From the NCBI RefSeq assembly GCF_009914755.1, contig NC_060926.1: 64,000 nucleotides of DNA. One strand, written 5' to 3'. The notes beneath the pieces were generated by a model. That model did not search any database, was not told the origin of the DNA, and saw only the letters and a program-made list of their open reading frames with translations. The DNA comes from the human T2T-CHM13v2.0 reference genome, Homo sapiens. Position 1 is the first letter of the stretch; every line of letters starts with the position of its first letter. The position numbers and the translations under genes are program-made. This document shows, piece after piece, positions 55,599 through 64,000 of this stretch.

Positions 55599-56179
55599 TA
55601 GAAAGAACTTGAACATTTATGTGTCTTCACATGTTATTTTCTTCATTTACAGGTAAAAACAGAGCCCGAACCAAGAAACTAAGCTCTCTTGAAAGATTTC
55701 CAAGAGTTAATTTTGTGTGTGATTTTGTATGCTATTTTTCTTTCATTCATAGTTTATTGAGCATAAATTAGTCTCCTCCTGTACTCAAATCCTACACACA
55801 CACACACGCACACCCCTATGTCCTGTCTGCATAGTAATTGCTGGCCCTATTCATCTTAGCTGATTTTTCAAACATTCAACTTAGATTTTTAAAATTACTA
55901 CTGAATGCAAATCCCTGTAAAAGATACAAAGGAAGTACCTGCCTTTGAGGAATTTATATTCCAAGCGGCCAGGGAAGACTTCTGCACAAGAAACAAGAAT
56001 GTATCACATGCACCATAACGTGGGTTCCTTGATTAAATTCTTTTCTCACCCTCCCCGACCCTGCTTCATTCCCTGTGTATAACCTCCCCTACTTCTAACT
56101 GTAGAAGAACATCTTGAACTTTCCTTCATATCGTCTATCCTCAGAAAGTATCCATGAATCAATCCTTCCCCTTTCTTTA

Positions 56180-58100
56180 TCTCCATGCAACCTCTAAAGG
56201 GCACATAATAGAAGCCTTATGATCCACATCCTTTAGTCCTGCTCTGTAGAGACCACCTTCCTTTATTGTTGTAGCTGTTTCTTTTGGTATTGACCTCTGC
56301 ATTTCTAAATAACATGCGTATACCACTCTTTCTTGTCTTATCAGTTTGGGATGTTATCTATGACCTTTTGTTATATCAAAAGGCTCTAGTTAAATTAGTG
56401 GTAACAATTGACATTATTATGATTCTGCAATTTTGCCACTGCTTACCCAACATGTACTGTGATCACCTACTCCCTTCTTGTATATCTTCTCACTGTACCT
56501 AGAGGTTATTATTGACTGAGCATATGTAAACCTCATTGCTATAAGTAGCTTGGAGCCCTGAATCTTCTTGCGTTAATGTGGATGGGTTGCTCTGTATGCT
56601 TGGTGTGGAGCTGTTGTATTGCTATTTCCCTTTGTGGTGGTTCTTTGTTCTGATATTCTTGTTTTCTGAATCCATCATCCTCTTTCTTTGCTTACTCGTT
56701 TGTTTTGCTGGTGCACACCCTCAGATTTCTTCATGTGCGTCTTTTAATAGGAAGTCAAATTCTTGATCCTTTGCATATATAAAAGTATCTTTAATTCTGT
56801 ATCAGCAAAATTATCTGTCAAGTTTAAGGGTTGAACAAAGAGTGAAATTGTTTGTTTGTTTGTTTGTTTTTAGGATTTTATAGTTACTTTCCATGCTTTT
56901 CTATATATGTGGCTGTGGAAAAGTCTGATGTCATTTTGGTTTGTGATCTTTTATTTGTAATTTTTTTCCCCTTCTTCTCCAGAAACTTTTAGCATTTTCT
57001 CTGGTTCTGAAATTTCACAATAATGTACATGTATTTTTTCATTCATTTTGCTGGGCCTTCTCTCAGCCCTTTCAAACTGGAGACTCATGTACTTTAGTTG
57101 TAAAAAATTAAAAATATATATTTATTTGATTATTTCTTTCCTTGTATTTTTCTTCCCTTTGTTTGTTTCTAGAACTCGTTTGGCTCGTGTACTGATCTTC
57201 TGTGCCTTTATCATTTCCCTTCACAAATATTTCTACTTTCTGAAAGATTTCTTTGACTTCATCTTTAACCCTTCTACTGATTTTTTTAAAATTTTCTAAT
57301 AACTTCTTTTTACTTCTAAGAGTCCTACCCGATTCTCATTATTCTTTTTACAAAGAAATATTGCATCTGTAAAACAATAACCCGATGACATTTTTATCTT
57401 TTGAGAAAAAAATACAGTTTTTGTATTCCTTATTGTCTCTGAGGTCAATGTATTGTTTGTTATTTTTGGCCCCACTTTTTCACGTGGGAGGTTTGCCTCC
57501 AATGTCTGGTGATCCTGGGCTGTCTTTAAGCTGAAAGTTCAGTATGAATGGGTGGGGCTCTCCTGTAGGCGCTGGGTGGTGGGTATATATGGTGTCCTCT
57601 GGGGCACTGTAGTTTCTCCAGAGAAGAATTCTCCAGTCTCCTGGAGGAGGGAGGCCGGGTGTGAAGGAGGACACAGGGAGAAGGCCTGTGTTTCTGCAGC
57701 TGTTATAGGTGCAGGGTGCTTCAGTATTCAGACTGTGGCTGAATCTCCCAGTTCTCAGTCTCATACTTTATCCACTGCTCCATTTTGCCTGATTCTTTCA
57801 AGTCCAGAGAACTCTCCAGTTAAATTTTTCCAAATGAGGAAGCTGTAGTCTTCTGTAGGATCAGTGCCATGCCATATAGGGCTCAGGAGATGCTCTGGAG
57901 GTCTAAGTTATTCTGTCTACTTTTTAAAAATCACCTTGTTTTCAACCTAAGATTCACTGCTGCCTTTTTGCCGATGGATGTCCTTAGGTGCCAAACTCCT
58001 CAGGGATTCTATAGAACAAGTTAGCTTGCTTCTGGGTGTCTTGTTAGCAAGCTGTTGGAGAATGGAGAAGTGTTGTATTGTTATTTGTACTTTTCTGTAT
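56180..58100 (-). mobile_element. Very old L1 (L1ME/L1M5-type) fragment
   Basis: T-rich reverse L1 segments such as GCTGTGGAAAAGTCTGATGTCATT and TTCTGAAATTTCACAATAATGT. Confidence 0.65.
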
Positions 58101-58169
58101 ATATTAAGCAATTTGGAAACTCTCCAGGTGATTCTGATGTACATCCCAGCTTGGTTTCTGCGGTGCTGT

Positions 58170-58630
58170 GTAAATGATCATCTGAAAATGCAGATGAGGC
58201 TATATCACACCTCAGCTCCAAAGCCTTCCATGGCTCCCATCTCCTGTAGACTCAATTTCAAATTCCTTATTGTGATATTCCAGATGCTGGCCTCACTTTC
58301 TAGCCTTGCCTTCCACTACTCACCATTCTGTGCTTTTTACAGATGCTTTTGGTTCTGTATTTAACTCTTTTCCCTCACTCTCGGACATTTGCTCATCAAA
58401 ATATTGTTTTTCCTCAAGATCTATTTTAAGTTCTACCTCCTTCATAAAACTCCTCTCTTTTCAAAAGCTTTCTTTTCTGTGCTGCCTACAGAATTTCTTT
58501 TATGTTTCTTTTATGATACTTAGAATATTATGGTATAGGTCATTGTTATTCACTTTTATGCTTATCTCATTATCCCCTATCACCAAACGCAGGCTCCTTA
58601 AACACAAGGATTGTATTATTCACCTATTCT
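58170..58630 (+). mobile_element. L2 fragment
   Basis: GATCATCTGAAAATGCAGAT...AAAGCCTTCCATGGCTCCCAT...AGGCTCCTTAAACACAAGGATTGT. Confidence 0.7.
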
Positions 58631-58724
58631 ATATATCTTTTATTGATCAAATATTTATGAGTACATGTCATATGCAAGGCCCTGTGCCAGATCATGGTGT
58701 ATGTATGTAACTAAAGCAGAGTTC

Positions 58725-59309
58725 TGTTACCTGGGGTCCTGGTTACCCCAGAAAGGGGCTCTTTCCTATTCATTTTCATGAAGCCAACACACAAAACCAA
58801 AAGTGAGTGTCAAGCGCTGCAGGCTTTAGTCAATGGCTATGGAATTGGACAAGTGGGAATGTAGCTCACAAATCAACTTCTTGGTTGCTAAGAACTGGGA
58901 AGTTACAGATGTAGGGCATCCTTAATGAAGGGGCTGGGCGTTAAGGACAATGGGAGGCATATTCATGCTTTTTCTTAGAAAGGGATAAAGATTTTCTAGG
59001 AATCAAAGAGTTTCCTTTATTTTATCCTCTCTTGGTCTCATGCAGTCATTGTCATGGTAATTGTCAACTGTCTTGGCACTGGTGGGAGTGTCATTCAGTA
59101 TGGAAATTGGATTATAATGAAGCTAGAGGTTCTTCAGAGGTTGAGTAAGCTGCCTAAGAAGGAACTTCTGACCACAGACATCCTGTTTCCTAAAAATAAG
59201 CAGGGTTAAAGCTCAGTAGGAATTTAGCTATGTTGCATAAACATTGCATTGGGCAACAAAAGTGGGGTAGGGGTCCAGCTAAGTCACCTGGGCATTGCAG
59301 TGGGTAACA
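58725..59309 (-). mobile_element. ERV1-class solo LTR (LTR31-like, family and strand tentative)
   Basis: 585 bp with TGTTACC...GGTAACA inverted ends and a 4 bp TSD GTTC; interrupts a reverse L2. Confidence 0.8.
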
Positions 59310-59313
59310 GTTC

Positions 59314-60465
<1,152 letters not shown>

Positions 60466-60467
60466 AA

Positions 60468-60904
60468 TATTATAGTGGATTTGTATTTCCCCCATCCCCC
60501 CACCCCCCAAAAAAATCCAAGTTCCAACCCCTAGTACCTTTGCAGATGTAATTAAGAATCTCAGGATGAGCTCATCCTGGATTGAATGTGGACTCTAGGT
60601 TCAATGACTGTTATCCTTATAAGAGAAAGGAAGGAACACACAGACACAAGGGGAAGGGCATGTGAAGAAAAGGCAGAGATTGGAGTTATGTAGCCAAAGC
60701 ATGGCAATTATTGCTAGAACTACAAGAAACTAGGAGGAGAGAGGGCTGGAACACACCTTCCTCAGAGCCTCCAGAGTGAACCAACCCTGCCAGCATCTTT
60801 GACTATGGCCTTCTGGCCCTTCAGAAATGTGAGAATCGATTTATGTTGTTTTAAGCCACCATTTTTTTTGTAATTTATTATAGCAGACCTAGGAAACTAA
60901 TTCA
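60468..60904 (+). mobile_element. MLT1B/C MaLR LTR
   Basis: CTTTGCAGATGTAATTAAG...GGCAGAGATTGGAGTTATG...TTTTAAGCCACC...CTAGGAAACTAATTCA. Confidence 0.88.
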
Positions 60905-62796
60905 GATTATGTTCAGATTTAAACATACAGCACAAGAATTTACCAACCAGCTCCATCCTAAACTTTTGTTATTTTATGTGATCCACTGAAAAGATAGATA
61001 TTCATTGAGAATATCCTGTTGCTGATGTTGGCAACATTTGGTGATGGGGATGGGGTGGGGTGGGGTGGTGTGGGGAGAGTGGCGGAGTGGTGTTATTGAA
61101 AAATGAGGCAGGTACAGTAGATTTGCTTCCCTACAGGAAAAACTATTTCAAAAGCAAGAAGCAATCAGTAATTGAGCATTCACTGAGTTTCTATTTTGTG
61201 TCCAATGCTATATGCTAGGGACCGAAAGAGATACAAGATAATACGATTCCATATGGACTCGCGAAATACTCACAATCCAATAATTGAAACAAAACCATTT
61301 AGTAAAGCTAATACATAACCAATTGATAAGGGAAGTAAGGAATATTGAACTGCATATGGAAGCTTTGTTTCTTTTTTATTAATTGGATACTTGAATTTTT
61401 AAAAAAATTTACCATCGAGTTTGAGATTCTGTTACAAAGTCACTCAGTGTCAAGGGTATGTTCCTTGATCCCTTAAAGTAAAATTACCTCTTTGCTTGAG
61501 GCATGATGCATGCTGAATTACCACAAGAGCCCTGGAACTTACAGGCTGAGAAATCATCCTTTTGCTTCTCCCTTCCTTGCTAGGAAAATGCTCTGCAGCC
61601 CGCAGAATCAGCAGCAGGCAGAAGCACAATCACCCTCTGGTTATGGGAACTGAAAGCATTCATGGACTGTCTTATCTAAATGGTTTGACAAGTTCTCTAT
61701 TCACCTGGCCAATTGCATCAGGCCCTCTCCTTTTCCTTCCACTGCTGAAACTTGGCAGGTGCAAGTGTCAGTATTGCCCTGCGGCTGGAATGTGCCCTGG
61801 ACAAGAACTCCCAGCCCATCACTGCAGCCTGGAGAGAACCAAGGGCCTTGTTTGCTGCCCCAGGGAGTGCTGCAGGGCATTACTTCTAATAGCAAAGGAA
61901 ATTTCATATTCATTTGTGGATACTTCTGGGCAAAGCTGCACTCAGCTTGTATTGGCTTTGTCCGGAGGCTGGTGAGCAAGACCAGGGAGTCTAATGGATC
62001 TGGAACATGAGGACAGGCTAAGTGATCCCTCATTCTACCACTGTCACTTGTGACTTGCCTCCCAACAGTCCATTTTATTTTGCTCTCCCTCTGAATACAC
62101 TGCAATCCCCTTTGAGCCACAGGATTGGGAGTCAGGCCTAATGCCTGCCTATGCTATAGGTCAAACATTGTCTGTGGAGGCTGTAGAAATTAAACTATGG
62201 TGTTCATGCCTCTCAGCACTAACAAAGGACATCAATCACTTCTCCTGTGTGAACTCTTCCAGTGAAGGAAGAAGCGATTATTTATGAATCAAGCCTTGAG
62301 GCAACTGGAAGTCTTTTTGTTGCTGGTAATCTCTTACTCTGGACTTGCTTCTGTAATGTGCAAGGATTTTTACCCCTACTCTTCCTTTTCTTTTCAGAAA
62401 GAGAGGAAATTGTGATTGGTTAAGGCATCTGAGCCAGCCTGGGTGTCAAGTAAGAGAAATGAGGACATGATTTCTGGAAACAGCATCCCAAAGATGCCGT
62501 TTGCAGTGGAACCTCTAGTCAGCACAGAGCATTTGAGAAGGGTACGGAATGGTGTCATGCTATGGTGATCAGAGGGCATGGGGAAGGCAGTGGTCTCCTG
62601 TTTCAGAGTCGGGATCTTCAGGAAGTTTATGAGGTGTTCCTGTTTGTGACTTTCTTTGGATTTAGAGATTACCCTGCTTGGGGATAAGGGAATGAATGAC
62701 AGTGAGGTCCTTGAGTAGGACACAGAGTGTCCCCGTGACCTTTCCAGACTTTTCCCTGGGAATCCTGGCAATCCTGGAGGGGAAAGATTAAGGGGA

Positions 62797-63188
62797 TGTG
62801 TCTTAGCTCAGGCTTCCATAACAAAGCACCACAGATGATGTGGCTTAAACAAGAGAAATTTGTTTTCTCACACTTCTGGAGGCTGGAAGTTCAAAATCAA
62901 GGTGTCAGCAAGGTTGGGTCTTTCTGAGGCCTGTCTGCATAGCCTGTGGATGGTCTTCTCCCTGTGTCTTCCTATTTTCTTCCATCTGTATGTACATGTC
63001 CCGATTTCTTCTTATAAGGTCACCAGTCACCTATTGGATTGGATTAGGGCCTACCCATATGACCTCATTTTAAATTAATTACCTCTTAAGACTCTCCAGA
63101 TACATCACATTCTGAGGTACTAGGGATTAGGACCTCAACATATGAATCTGGTGTGGTGTGGTTGGGGTACACAGTTCAGCCCACAACA
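62797..63188 (-). mobile_element. MLT1A/B MaLR LTR
   Basis: CCATAACAAAGCACCACAG...TTCTGGAGGCTGGAAGTTCAAAATCAAGGTGTCAGCA...GTTCAGCCCACAACA. Confidence 0.9.
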
Positions 63189-64000
63189 GAAGGGAATTGT
63201 CATTCTACAAATTCAAGTTCAATTTCATAACTGATAAAACTTGATTGCCTTATTGGGGTTCTTACCTTTGAGAATTGGATTCAGGCTAATGGGACTATTT
63301 TAGGGGAAGTGGGGGTGTGGTTGTACATCAGAAAGGCCTGAATTAACTTAATCACACTTGGAGGGTAGGAATGGTATTCACAGTTAAAAGTTTAGCTCTC
63401 AAATTTTGCGTCTCATCTATCCAGAATGTGTATTACTGATGTCCTGAGATGGGGTAAGTAATTACTTCGGACAGAGAGCTGAGTGCCTTTTTCATTCTGA
63501 GGGCTCCTGATTAGGCTAGCTTGAGATCCTTTGTATTAGCATCCTAGTTTCAGCCTGTCGGGGGCCGGCTTCTGCAGCCTATGGGAATGTCTCCTGTTTT
63601 AGAGGCAAAGGACTGCTTACTTATATACTAAAAAGAACAATCTTAACAGTATTCATTTTGTCTTTAAAAAAAAACCTATTGCTCTAGAAGTCAGTCTAGA
63701 CTTCTAGACTTCCACACAGGAGGAACTCAAGACTTAATTCTCTATAGTTTTCTACAAGAGCTTTTGTTGTTTAAATGACATGTTCCCAACTAACTGAACA
63801 CAAAAGTAGTGAATGAACTTCAACTCAGCCAAGTGCTAACAATCTACGATGACAGCAGATCCTCCCAGCTGAGACGTTTATGCTGAACAAAGTGGCCTGA
63901 ATCCTTTATGGCTATTGATTTTGCTTGCAATTCCCTTGCCAGTGTGCAAAAATGGTTGTTTTTTGTCGACTTTCTCTGGACATCTTTTGATGACTCACAC

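Noticed and set aside
55632-55660. Possible recursive splice site TTCATTTACAG|GTAAAA
   Set aside because: Matches the reverse MIR core (CCCATTTTACAGATGAGGAAAC), and the donor is weak

Overview
This is primate (very probably human) non-coding genomic DNA. It is AT-rich and CpG-depleted, with no CpG island, rRNA, tRNA, CRISPR array or supportable protein-coding gene. A large share is recognisable interspersed repeat: Alu (J/S/Y), one long nested L1M plus other L1 fragments, L2, MIR, CR1, THE1B/MLT1/ERV1 LTRs, and MER44, Tigger2a, MER53, MER91 and MADE1 DNA transposons. The ORFs in the track are repeat-derived, low-complexity or unrecognisable. Almost all L1 pieces lie on the minus strand and a few short exon-like segments lie on the plus strand, which suggests a large intron of a plus-strand gene or lncRNA that I cannot name. 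I found no evidence of a new multi-gene system. The most interesting signals are small-scale: (i) a ~245 bp local duplication carrying MER53 plus flank and ending in a perfect 3x24 bp repeat; (ii) a 3x49 bp repeat fused to a 90 bp hairpin; (iii) a 92 bp fold-back inside an L1; (iv) a TTAA-bounded, CpG-retaining element next to five GATA sites; (v) several motif-dense candidate enhancers and micro-exons. Repeat families and subfamilies were assigned from memory of consensus sequences, and old-repeat boundaries are approximate.
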